From contig OZ253470.1 of assembly GCA_965261735.1 (NCBI GenBank), positions 3,232,001-3,296,000 of the forward strand: DNA of 64,000 nt. Reading direction: 5' to 3'. Numbering within the stretch: position 1 is the stretch's first letter; each line of letters opens with the position of its first letter. Origin of the DNA: Alphaproteobacteria bacterium (GTDB taxonomy: Bacteria; Pseudomonadota; Alphaproteobacteria; SHVV01). A model generated the notes under the pieces. That model saw nothing but the letters and a program-made list of their open reading frames with translations. It ran no database searches and had not been told where the DNA came from. The translations under genes and the position numbers were made by a program. Below, one piece after another: positions 1 through 8,779 of this stretch.

Positions 1-306
1 GGCCGGAACCCCGGTCAGCTCGATTTCTCGATTAACCGCAACGTCTTGGAGAGAGGCGCGTGCCTCCATGTGCCGTTGAGCTTCGCCTGGATACTCCAGG
101 ATATGTTTTCGGGTCGAGAGATAGCGCTGGTGATTCTCAAGCACCTGGATCAAGGGCGCCCGTGACTTGGCCGGGATATCCGGGTTTTCCATCAGCTCCC
201 TCCCGGATGACGTGGCGCAGCCGCGATAACTCCCGTTCCACGCGCGCCTTGCCGCTTTCCAGATTGTCGAGATGGGCTCCATACGTCTCGCCGTCCGCGA
301 GGATGG
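1..306 (-). pseudogene. Fragment of a large repeat-containing protein, paralogous to 33725-34150
   Basis: 1-200 aligns by eye with 33917-34056; 200-306 reads TILADGETYGAHLDNLESG, a motif also present in 31170-34150. Confidence 0.6.
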
Positions 307-445
307 TCTCAGGCCGCGGGCTACCTCGTGTAGCGCTGCATTACTGGCGAATGGTCAGCGGCATCGCTGGCAACGTGTCCATTGTAATGTCATGAGCATG
401 CCGTTGCACGGTTTCGGGCCGGTTGACTGGACATAGCCGGGGACA

Positions 446-1498
446 CTACGGCCTCCAGCGGATAGCGGCATGCAGGCCGATATCGGGCGCGCCGCGGTGC
501 AGGCCGTCATCTTCGGTAACGGCGATCTCAAGCGTCGCGTGCTCGCTGAGTCGCAACGCGCCGCCGAGACCGATCATGACACCAGGATCGGCGAGCGGCG
601 CGACATCCGATGCACCATAGGGCGAGGAATGGGCATTGATCTGCGCCGTCAGGCTCAGATGGTCGAGGGGCCGCCAGGTCGCGCCAAGATGTCCGAAGGC
701 AATAAATCGGTTGCCAAGGTCCGGAAGTCCGCGCGGCGCCTCCCCGGCAAGCGCTCCCAGGCTCGCACTGTATAACCAGCTGCGTGTGCCGGCGGATCCT
801 GGCAGCGCGCCTGAGGTCTCCGCCCACAGCGAGGCCGAACGACCGCCGGAACCGGCCAGCGAGGCCTCATCGCCGGCCGGAAGCTTGACACTGCCCCGGA
901 TCACAAGGCCGTCGTTCGGAAAGGGCCAATGCGGCACCGCATAGCCAACCCCGAGGCTGATATCCCCGAGCGAAGAAACACTCCGGCCGATATCGTAGTA
1001 GGTTCTCCCGCCGTTGGCGTAGAACAGCGCGAGGCGGTCGCGTGGCGCGCGGTCCCTGTCGCCCTGGGGCAGGTGGAACACGTCATGCCAGGTCTCGATG
1101 AACCCGTCGAACGCGCCGGCGCGGTGGGAGAGGGCGGAGACCTCGAACAGATATTCCCAGCCCTCCCCGAACCCGTGTCTCAGGGCGAGTCCCTGCCTGT
1201 GGGTCTCGCCGTCGATCAGGACCCGCTCCGCGCTTGAGTTGGCCTCGATCAGGTGTGACGCCATATCCATCGAGGCGATCAGTTCGGACGAGCCCCGCGT
1301 CATCACGCGGGCACCCAGCGAACCGGGCACACCGTAGAGGAGCTGAAACGGGTTCAGGTTGACGATGCGCAGCGGCGTGGCAACATCACCCCAGGCCAAC
1401 TCGCCGGTGGTGCCGGCACCCGGCCACAAGACCGAGAAAGCGAGCGCGCAAACAAGGCCAAGTCCCGGCCTGCCGGCCCGGCCAGGCACAGGCTTCAT
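446..1498 (-). CDS. DUF3187-family exported protein (probable outer-membrane beta-barrel)
   Basis: Signal-like N-terminus from ATG 1498; PLRIVNLNPF, IDGET, FDGFIETWHDVFHLPQGDR and SLGDI motifs; C-terminal beta-strand. Confidence 0.7.
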   Translation of the reverse strand: MKPVPGRAGRPGLGLVCALAFSVLWPGAGTTGELAWGDVATPLRIVNLNPFQLLYGVPGSLGARVMTRGSSELIASMDMASHLIEANSSAERVLIDGETHRQGLALRHGFGEGWEYLFEVSALSHRAGAFDGFIETWHDVFHLPQGDRDRAPRDRLALFYANGGRTYYDIGRSVSSLGDISLGVGYAVPHWPFPNDGLVIRGSVKLPAGDEASLAGSGGRSASLWAETSGALPGSAGTRSWLYSASLGALAGEAPRGLPDLGNRFIAFGHLGATWRPLDHLSLTAQINAHSSPYGASDVAPLADPGVMIGLGGALRLSEHATLEIAVTEDDGLHRGAPDIGLHAAIRWRP

Positions 1499-1649
1499 TG
1501 GGACGCGGCGGGGCACCGGGGTGTTTCGCATGCGATCGGCAGGTACGGTTGGTTTACGCGGTTCAAGGACATCGACGGTGGGCTGGGACTCCGGCGCGGT
1601 TGCAAGCATGACAGCAAAGAAGATGCTGGCACGTGATCGCCCTGTGGCG

Positions 1650-1995
1650 TCAGAAAAGGCGCACGAAGCGCAATTCGCCGCCGGTGCGCTTGTAGTCGTA
1701 GAGCTGTGCATTGGTCGTCCGCACCTCGTGCACCAGCGACAGTTGCGGGCTGAAGCCCTTCCACGCGAAGACCCGGTTGTGCACCGAGGCCCGTAAGGAA
1801 CGGGTCCGGTCCTCCCGGGGCTCGCCGGTGGTCGTGAACGGGAACCAGTTGCCCTCGTAGTCCGTCCAGCGCAACTCGCCGCTGCCGCCCACGGCGAAGC
1901 CCCGCGGCAGGATAACCGAGGCGCCCAGTCGCAGCCACCGGCTGTCATGGCGCCATCTCTCCCTCTTCGGCTGTTCCCGCCCCCAGCCCAGCGTG
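1650..1995 (-). pseudogene. C-terminal fragment of a Slam (DUF560, type XI secretion) outer-membrane protein
   Basis: Ends GFSPQLSLVHEVRTTNAQLYDYKRTGGELRFVRLF with terminal Phe; N-terminus missing. Confidence 0.65.
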
Positions 1996-2090
1996 GCATC
2001 CGCCCGTATAGACCTTCCCGCTGCTGGGATAGACGCGGATGCCAATGCGGTACAAACCACCGCGCCCTTCCTCGACTCTACCGAGGCCAT
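1996..2090 (-). pseudogene. Remnant of an integrase Arm-binding N-terminus joined to the Slam fragment
   Basis: GIRVYPSSGKVY matches GVRVYPSGAKVY / GVRVYPSGRKIY of the integrases at 8780-11182. Confidence 0.55.
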
Positions 2091-2312
2091 TTTTATCGCT
2101 GGATTTGCGATCTACTGGGCGGGTCTGAGTGGCGGTGTGTCGAGGTTGTGTTTTCTGTTGGTACAAAGTGGGCAGGGCCGCGTAGCTGGGTTCGGAAATG
2201 GATTGGCTTCGTTGATTTTGGGTATGAGGGAAGTTTCGCCTGCTGGGACGTCTTGGCCTTTTTCGGTAACCGCAATTCAATCCGGTGGGAATTGGGCCGA
2301 CCGCGATCGGGG

Positions 2313-2747
2313 TCAAGGCAATGTCTCGAAGGGGTCTGCCGCCTCGATGCCGAGCGGCACGAAGTGGCGTAAATTGCGCGTCAGGATGGTCAGGCCCCGG
2401 CTGCCGGCGGTGGCCGCGATGGCTACATCGGCAAAGCCCGGCGTGTGCCCGGCGGCACGGGCCTTGTCCGTCAGCTCCCCCGCCAGGCGTGCCGCGGATA
2501 CATCGAATGGCAGCACTCGCTCGCCATAGAGATGGAGCACGACCTCAAGCCAATCGCCGAGACCGGCGGCGCGGGAAGCGGATCCAGTCCGTTGCATCTT
2601 GGCGATGCCGCCGGAGACCTCGGCGACAGTCACTGCCGACAGGAAGAGCGCATCGGAGTGCGTGTCCATCCAGTCGATCAACTCGGTAGAGCGCTCGCGC
2701 CGGCCGGGCGCCCCGACCGACAGCACGTCGGTATCAACCAGGTACAG
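2313..2747 (-). CDS. vapC: PIN-domain (VapC) toxin
   Basis: YLVDTDVLS, LSAVTVAE, DVAIAATA, LTRNLRHF motifs; frame opens at CTG 2747 after GGAG. Confidence 0.85.
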   Translation of the reverse strand: MYLVDTDVLSVGAPGRRERSTELIDWMDTHSDALFLSAVTVAEVSGGIAKMQRTGSASRAAGLGDWLEVVLHLYGERVLPFDVSAARLAGELTDKARAAGHTPGFADVAIAATAGSRGLTILTRNLRHFVPLGIEAADPFETLP

Positions 2748-2756
2748 GAGACGCTC

Positions 2757-2999
2757 CTAGAGTGCGATGTCCCGTGATGGGCTCATGTCGCGCGGCGGCA
2801 GGTCTCCTTCCTCCAGCGGGGCGGCAACCAACAGCCGGCCGAAGGAAGGAACATCTCGGAGGCGGTTCCATTCATCGACCCCGACGATGACGGCGCGGGG
2901 TTTGCCGTGGCGGGTGATGACGGAGGTCTCTCCGTGCGCTGCCTCCTCTACCAGCGCTGATAGCGTCGCCTTGGCCTCCCGCAACTGAATCTTTCGCAT
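2757..2999 (-). CDS. Phd/YefM antitoxin
   Basis: EAKATLSALVEEAAHGETSVITRHGKPRAV; directly upstream of the PIN toxin. Confidence 0.9.
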   Translation of the reverse strand: MRKIQLREAKATLSALVEEAAHGETSVITRHGKPRAVIVGVDEWNRLRDVPSFGRLLVAAPLEEGDLPPRDMSPSRDIAL

Positions 3000-3150
3000 G
3001 ACGACCTCCTCAAACGAACCAATGTAGTCAGTCTAGATCAACGTCCGCAATGGGACAATGCATATCGCGATCGGAATTCGTGCCGGGCGAGAAACTGGCA
3101 CCGGGCCACCCTGGTTTTATATGCCAACTCACATGGCGAATCGAACACAC

Positions 3151-3427
3151 GCGCTGCGCGGCCCAAGTGCCGGCGTTGGCCGGGAGAAAAATAACGCCCC
3201 ATGTGCTGAGGCATACGACCGCCTGCCACCTGGTGTTCGCCGGCGTGGACATCAACACTGTGCGTGCGTGGCTCGGGCATTCCTCCATCGATACCACCAA
3301 CATCTATGCCGAAATCAACCTCAAGATGAGAACCGAGGCGATGGCACTGTGCGATGTCGCGGAACCCGCCCCGGGGCGCCCCAGGAAGGAGGACAAAGAC
3401 TTGATGGCGTTCCTGAACTCCTATTGA
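3151..3427 (+). pseudogene. 3' fragment of a RIT-type tyrosine recombinase (RitC-like)
   Basis: TPHVLRH...WLGH...TTNIY; near-identical to 16360-16636. Confidence 0.8.
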
Positions 3428-3437
3428 GCACACCAGA

Positions 3438-3543
3438 TTATGTTGCGGCGAACCGAACTCCTTCTCCAGCAAACTCAAGGAACCGGCGGTAGCTCATCGA
3501 ACGATCCGTCAGCGCCGCAACATATGACCCCAGACAGCATAAG
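3438..3543. repeat. RIT right end
   Basis: TTATGTTGCGGCG ... CGCCGCAACATATGACCCCAGACAGCATAAG, as at 16647-16752. Confidence 0.7.
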
Positions 3544-3820
3544 AACCCCAATACTGAATGCCGGAGCCGGCGATCTTCACGCCGGTGCAGACGATGATCT
3601 CGTCCCGCTCGGGCCGCATGCGCTGCACGGCCCCGAGCGACATGACCTGGCGCGGTTGCTTGCGGGTCTTCGACTTGCCCTTGCCGGGCCAACGGACGAT
3701 CTCGCCGTCGAACGTCGACTTGTACCGCTCCACCACATAGCGGTTATCGTCGAGACCGCGCCTGAACATATGGATAAGAAAGGTGCGCGCGTTGGCGCCG
3801 GGCGCCGTGACTGTCTGCAT
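3544..3820 (-). pseudogene. Hypothetical gene (MQTVTAPG...) cut by the RIT end; second copy 16753-17029
   Basis: ORF runs into the RIT terminal repeat in both copies. Confidence 0.45.
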
Positions 3821-3910
3821 GATGCCGCCTCGGCTGTGTCTCGAAAGTGGTGGAAATTTGAGGATGGCGTAATCTCCGGGTGACAAGACAACCACCCAAT
3901 CGGCGGCTAG

Positions 3911-5557
3911 GAGCGTGCGCCGTAGAAGTTTTGATGTTGGGCGATTGGCGCGCGGCCGCCGGAGAGGTGGGATTTTGGCCCGAGTGTGGATATCTGGCCC
4001 GCCCGACTCTGGGATGGAAATCCCAGACCGGAAGGCCGGAAGGGAAGAGATTCGCGTTTCATACGCGGTCGATGGGCACTGCGCGCCCCGGATCAAGTGC
4101 GTTGGCAGGCCAGCACCTGCCTCAGCACGTGGCCACCGTCCCCATCCGCTTGATGTTCAACGCCAAGCACACGAGGTCCCACTCGCCGCGCACCTTCGCC
4201 AAGCCTCGCAGGCTGAATCGTCGGAATCCGAGCACCTCCTTGATCCACCCGTTCGGCGCCTCCGAGAGCCACTTGCGTTGCGCGTACCGGGCTTTGCCCG
4301 CGGGGCTCGCCAGTTTCTCACCCATGCGGTGCGTGGCAGGGAGCCGGGCCGGGTCGACCGCCACCTGGGACTTGCCTTCACGCCCCAGCGCTACGTGCGC
4401 GTCGATGCCGCGATCTTCCAGCTCCAACAGATCCGGCTCGTTGCAGTAGCCCGCATCGGCCAGTACCACCGCAGGCTCGACCCCAAACGTCTCGTTGATC
4501 TCGTCGAGCATCCCCACCAGCTGACCCTGGTCGCTGGCCTGTGGCCCCACCTGAGTCGCGACGATGATCTGGTGCTCCCCATCGACCGCCATCTGCGCGT
4601 TGTAGCACTGCTGGAACCCCTCGCTGCTGGTCTTCATGATCTGGCTCTCGGGATCGGTGAAATTGCTCTGCGCCTTCGGCTCGGGCTCGCCGTAGGCCCG
4701 CTTGTAAGGCCGCCCGCCCCGGGGATTGCGGTCCTGCCCCGGCTCGCGCCCGCGCTCATCGTCGCGCCCGCGTTGCGCCGCCTCCAAACGCGCTTTGGCT
4801 GCCTGGATCGCCGCCAGGCGCTTCTCCCTGCGTTGCAACTCCTCGGGCAACTCGTCGCCCCGGAAATCCTCGCCCCAACGCTCGTCTTCTTCGGCGTCCA
4901 CCATCCCCGCCGTCGTCAGCAGCGCCTCGATCTCCGCCTGCAAGCGAGCCGCCTCTTTGCCCATCCGCTCATAGCTCATCGCCTTGCGCTTGCTCGCGTT
5001 CGCTCGCACCTTCGTCCCGTCGACCGAGAGCTTGCCGAACCGCGCCAGTCCCATCTCGCGCGCCACCTGCACCACCCCCACAAACAGCTCGCTGAACTCC
5101 GCCAGATGTCGGCGTCGGAACTCACATACCGTGCGATGTTGCGGGAAGTTGCCCGCCGCGAGCATCCTAAACGCTACATCCTCCTCCAGCTTCCTCGCCA
5201 CCGCGCGCGAGGAGAATGTGCCCGTCGCGTAGGCATAGATCAGCACCTTGACCATCATCGACGGCTCGTAGGGGGCGTTGCGTCGACCGTCCCCCTCGTA
5301 GGGCGCATAGAACGCCGTCAAGTCCAGTGCATCGACCACATCGCTGACGTGATGAGCCAGGTGCCCTGGGGAAACCCACTCCTGCAAGTCCGGCGGCAAA
5401 AGCAAGGGTTGGTCCGGCTGGTAGGCACGAAACGTGGTCGGCATCGGGAGTTCCCACACGCAACTGGCGTATCGGATCATACTTCCCCCTGCGCAAATCC
5501 ACCCACAACCCGTCCGCTATCAACTTTGCCGCGCGGACCTTTCTGCGGCGCACGCTC
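3911..5557 (-). mobile_element. IS1182-family element
   Basis: TIR GAGCGTGCGCCG(T/C)AGAA; CTAG duplicated at 3907-3910 and 5558-5561; empty site in the IS256 copy near 29990. Confidence 0.92.
4122..5444 (-). CDS. IS1182-family transposase
   Basis: LLLPPDL, YAYATG, VDGTKVRANAS, NFTDPES, LADAGY motifs. Confidence 0.92.
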   Translation of the reverse strand: MPTTFRAYQPDQPLLLPPDLQEWVSPGHLAHHVSDVVDALDLTAFYAPYEGDGRRNAPYEPSMMVKVLIYAYATGTFSSRAVARKLEEDVAFRMLAAGNFPQHRTVCEFRRRHLAEFSELFVGVVQVAREMGLARFGKLSVDGTKVRANASKRKAMSYERMGKEAARLQAEIEALLTTAGMVDAEEDERWGEDFRGDELPEELQRREKRLAAIQAAKARLEAAQRGRDDERGREPGQDRNPRGGRPYKRAYGEPEPKAQSNFTDPESQIMKTSSEGFQQCYNAQMAVDGEHQIIVATQVGPQASDQGQLVGMLDEINETFGVEPAVVLADAGYCNEPDLLELEDRGIDAHVALGREGKSQVAVDPARLPATHRMGEKLASPAGKARYAQRKWLSEAPNGWIKEVLGFRRFSLRGLAKVRGEWDLVCLALNIKRMGTVATC

Positions 5558-5582
5558 CTAGCACCGCCAAGGAGATCACGCC

Positions 5583-6809
5583 ATGAAGAACACTACCGAG
5601 ACTTCCGCGCTTTCGCTACTGGCCAATGACGCCGGCTATGATCCGCTCGAGGACCGGCTGCGGGAGAACATCAGATCCACGATCGAGGCCGTTTTTGAGG
5701 AGGAACTTGCGCAGTTTCTCGGGCGCTGCCGATACGGTCGAGAGGACGCGCTTCGGCAAGGGTATCGGAACGGGCACCGGGAGCGGCAACTGACGGGGAC
5801 ATTCGGGACCGAGAGGGTGAGCGTGCCGCGTGCGCGGATCGTTGAGGAAGACGGTCGGGCGTCGGAATGGCGTTCGCGGGCGCTGCCGCGCTACCAGCGG
5901 CTGACCAGAAAGGCCGAGGCGCTGATCGCTTCGGTGTATCTGTCCGGAACCAACACGCGGCGGGTGAAACGCGCGCTGTTCGGGCTCTTCCGGGGTGCTG
6001 TGAGCAAGGACGTTGTGAGCCGGGCGTGGCGCAAGGTGAAGGTCGATTGGGACGCCTGGTGCAGCCGTGGCCTCGCGGATGAGGATATCGTTCGGCTGAT
6101 CCTTGACGGCACTGTGATCAAGACCCGACTGGACCGCAAGGCCACCAACATCTCGGTTCTCGCGGCTATAGGGGTGCGCCGGGATGGCCAGAAGGTCTTG
6201 CTTTCGATCGGGAATATGGGCGGAGAAAGCCAGGCGGCGTGGCGCCAGTTCCTCGACGACCTTGATGCGCGTGGACTGAAACGGCCCGGGTTTGTCATCG
6301 TCGATGGCGCGCCGGGACTGGAGGCGGCTCTGTCGGCGCTTTGGGGCGATGACCTTCCCGTTCAACACTGCACCGTGCACAAGCACCGCAACCTTCTGGG
6401 TCATGCTCCCAAACACATGCATGACGAGCTGAGCGAAGATTACCGCGATATGATCTATGCCGACACTGCCTCCGAGGTGGAAACCCGCCGCAAGGCGTTT
6501 GTCCGCAAGTGGCGGCTGAAATGCAGGGCCGTCGCGGACAGCCTCGCAGAAGCGGGCGACAAGCTCTTTACCTTCACGCGCCTGTCCAAGAGCCAATGGA
6601 AATCAGCCCGAACGACCAACGCCATTGAGCGTCTCAACGAGGAGTTCAAGCGCCGGATCAAAACACAGACCGTGCTGCCGTGTCCCGAAACAGTGCCGAT
6701 GCTCCTCTGGGCACTCCTCGCTTCCGGCCAAATCCAGATGCGCAAAGTCGATGGATGGGAAACCCTCGATCAGCTAATCGCCGACGAAACCCTTGACCGC
6801 GCAGCCTGA
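5583..6809 (+). CDS. IS256-family transposase
   Basis: GYRNG, ILDG, VDGAPGL, CTVHK, RTTNAIERLNEE motifs. Confidence 0.95.
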   Translation: MKNTTETSALSLLANDAGYDPLEDRLRENIRSTIEAVFEEELAQFLGRCRYGREDALRQGYRNGHRERQLTGTFGTERVSVPRARIVEEDGRASEWRSRALPRYQRLTRKAEALIASVYLSGTNTRRVKRALFGLFRGAVSKDVVSRAWRKVKVDWDAWCSRGLADEDIVRLILDGTVIKTRLDRKATNISVLAAIGVRRDGQKVLLSIGNMGGESQAAWRQFLDDLDARGLKRPGFVIVDGAPGLEAALSALWGDDLPVQHCTVHKHRNLLGHAPKHMHDELSEDYRDMIYADTASEVETRRKAFVRKWRLKCRAVADSLAEAGDKLFTFTRLSKSQWKSARTTNAIERLNEEFKRRIKTQTVLPCPETVPMLLWALLASGQIQMRKVDGWETLDQLIADETLDRAA

Positions 6810-7116
6810 CCGCCGCAAAACTCAACCCGCTCGGAGAGGCGCCAAAACCAATTTCCACCACTTTCGAGACACAACCGCCGCCTCCCCTGGGATCGGTAGT
6901 TGCGAGCGGCGGGGACGCTCTCCGGGCCATCCATCCGCCGCCCTGCTCCCGGCCAGCCTCGGCCTCTTCATGGCGCGCCGGCGTGAAAGTGGCTTGTGAT
7001 GGGGACATGGTGCAACGCAGGCCAGCTGCCCTGGCGCCCAGAGTCGGCACGGGTCTGTAATATATTCGGAGATTCCGAGTATACTAGGGGCGCAAGGTGA
7101 TTTTATATTTTGGGCC

Positions 7117-7566
7117 ATGTCAGAGTCAGCGCTCATATTCGACACTCACGAGGACATCCAGGAACTGGTGAAGTCCGGCATGCCGGAACCCCAGGCTGAA
7201 ACCGTGGTGCGTCAGCGTGTCCGGCTGCTGGAACGCAACCTCGCCACCAAGGCTGATATCGCAGCAACCAACGCCGATATCGAGACGCTGCGGCTGGAGA
7301 CCAAGGCCGATATTGCAGCAACCAACGCCAATATCGAGACGCTGCGGTTGGAGACCAAGGCTGATATTGCAGCAACCAACGCCAATATCGAGACGCTGCG
7401 GCTGGAGACCAGGGCCGATATCGCGGCAACCAACGCCAATATCGAGACGCTGCGGCAGGAGACCGAAAAGCTGATAGCTCTCGGCAAGAACGATATTATC
7501 AAGTGGGTTGTTGGCGCCAATCTCGGGGTCGCCGCCTTGATCGTGGCCGCAATCAAACTCCTCTAA
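7117..7566 (+). CDS. DUF1640/CCDC90-like coiled-coil protein with C-terminal membrane anchor (4 x 18-aa repeats)
   Basis: FDT..LVKSGMPEPQAE head, ATKADI repeats, IIKWVVG + hydrophobic tail. Confidence 0.75.
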   Translation: MSESALIFDTHEDIQELVKSGMPEPQAETVVRQRVRLLERNLATKADIAATNADIETLRLETKADIAATNANIETLRLETKADIAATNANIETLRLETRADIAATNANIETLRQETEKLIALGKNDIIKWVVGANLGVAALIVAAIKLL

Positions 7567-7589
7567 TCGCCGGCCTGGATCACGCTCAG

Positions 7590-7763
7590 TCAGCATCCAG
7601 CGTGGCGCCCGCGGGCAGTATGTCCGCGCCGATGCTGGCGGCGACCCTGGCCGCCGATAGCTTGATGGAATCGCGCGCGAGATGGGCGTAGCGGACCGTC
7701 GTCTGGATTTTGGTGTGCCCGAGCAGCTTCCCGATCATGCTCAGGCTCTCGCCGAGCGCCAGG
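7590..7763 (-). pseudogene. 3' fragment of a tyrosine integrase
   Basis: LALGESLSMIGKLLGHTKIQTTVRYAHLARD; paralogous to the end of 8780-9955. Confidence 0.8.
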
Positions 7764-7764
7764 G

Positions 7765-8211
7765 TACCACGATGAGGCCTCCAGACCCCAACACGACCTC
7801 CACAAGATATGGTTGAAAAACGCCTCGCGGGCGACCAAGCCAAACCGGTGCCGTCGACAGCGCCTCTGGCTGGATCGATGTCGAAACCACCCTGGGCGGG
7901 GCGCCACGACCGGCACACCAAACGCGCCCAGCCCAAAAAGAACATCCGGCTCCGGCCCCTCAGAAAGACCGGAAGCGAATTCTCAATCAGTGAATCTACG
8001 CCGCGACCGGCGGGTTCGAGATGACTGCCTCAGTCAAATTGGGGGCGTGCCCGCCGCAGACTCGCGCCTCTCTACACGGCACCACCAAATCTGGACCCGA
8101 ACGGCCGCTGACGAATTCCGACGACAAACGCGCGCCCGGATGCCCTGGAGTTGGATTCAATCCGCTTTCGGCTTGATTACGGCACGCCCCGCCGGATCCT
8201 GCGGACGGCAC
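7765..8211. repeat. Non-coding repeat of about 450 bp, copy 1 (copy 2 at 24873-25461)
   Basis: Near-identical sequence; no convincing ORF. Confidence 0.9.
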
Positions 8212-8779
8212 CAGAAGGATAAACTTTTCTTTAAGAAAATCAGAAAGCTAAGGGAAAAGCTTGGGAAAGAGGATTAGCCCCTATACTCAGGCTCTCCTCT
8301 CGTAGGTTGAGCGGTGGCCCCGAGACGAGGCCTGCGACTTAATCTCGTACAGCGTCAAGCGCGCTTCGGCAAGCATATAAAAACCTCTCCGCCGTGTCGA
8401 TACCGGCAACGCTCTTCCGCGTCATTTGCTTTGGAGATGAGCATCCTCGGACACGACGCGCTCCCTACCGTCCAGTCGAACAGTCAGGCCAGCGCACGTA
8501 ACCACAACTCCCGAATCAGTTCAAGCGTCGAATTTCAATGACAAGTCAATCCGTTGCCAGTCGTGGCCGACGGGCACCGCAACCCAAAAATGCCCTCCTT
8601 CTCCGGCGGCGCGGCAGCGGAAGACTTGGCCGAGCCTGCCGCATTGCGCGGCATGCGGCGACACACCGGCAAGCGCAATCCGGGCGAGATCGATCCGGCG
8701 CGCCATTTTCCCCCGTGCTTAGGCCCTTGCGAATCGGCCCCTAGGGCGGAGCCGTCGCATCGATACCCTTGGCGGAGCT

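Larger units (their letters stand above)
3832..6876 (+). mobile_element. IS256-family element type A, carrying a nested IS1182
   Basis: TIRs GGCTGTGTCTCGAAAGTGGTGGAAATT / AATTTCCACCACTTTCGAGACACAACC; 8-bp TSD GCCGCCTC at 3824-3831 and 6877-6884; empty site at about 17033. Confidence 0.95.
3151..7653 (+). repeat. Segmental duplication copy A (interrupted by IS256::IS1182); copy B is 16360-17863
   Basis: 3151-3831 plus 6885-7653 is near-identical to the contiguous 16360-17863. Confidence 0.9.

Noticed and set aside
1499-1999. N-terminal extension of the 517-aa ORF
   Set aside because: Overlaps the Slam fragment in another frame; the signal peptide begins at 1498
3915-5561. 548-aa plus-strand ORF
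   Set aside because: Antisense shadow of the IS1182 transposase
7245-7465. 54-bp repeats as a CRISPR or iteron array
   Set aside because: In-frame coding repeats of the coiled-coil protein
7800-7815. CCACAAGATATGGT as an NrdR box
   Set aside because: Only a loose match and no nrd gene nearby
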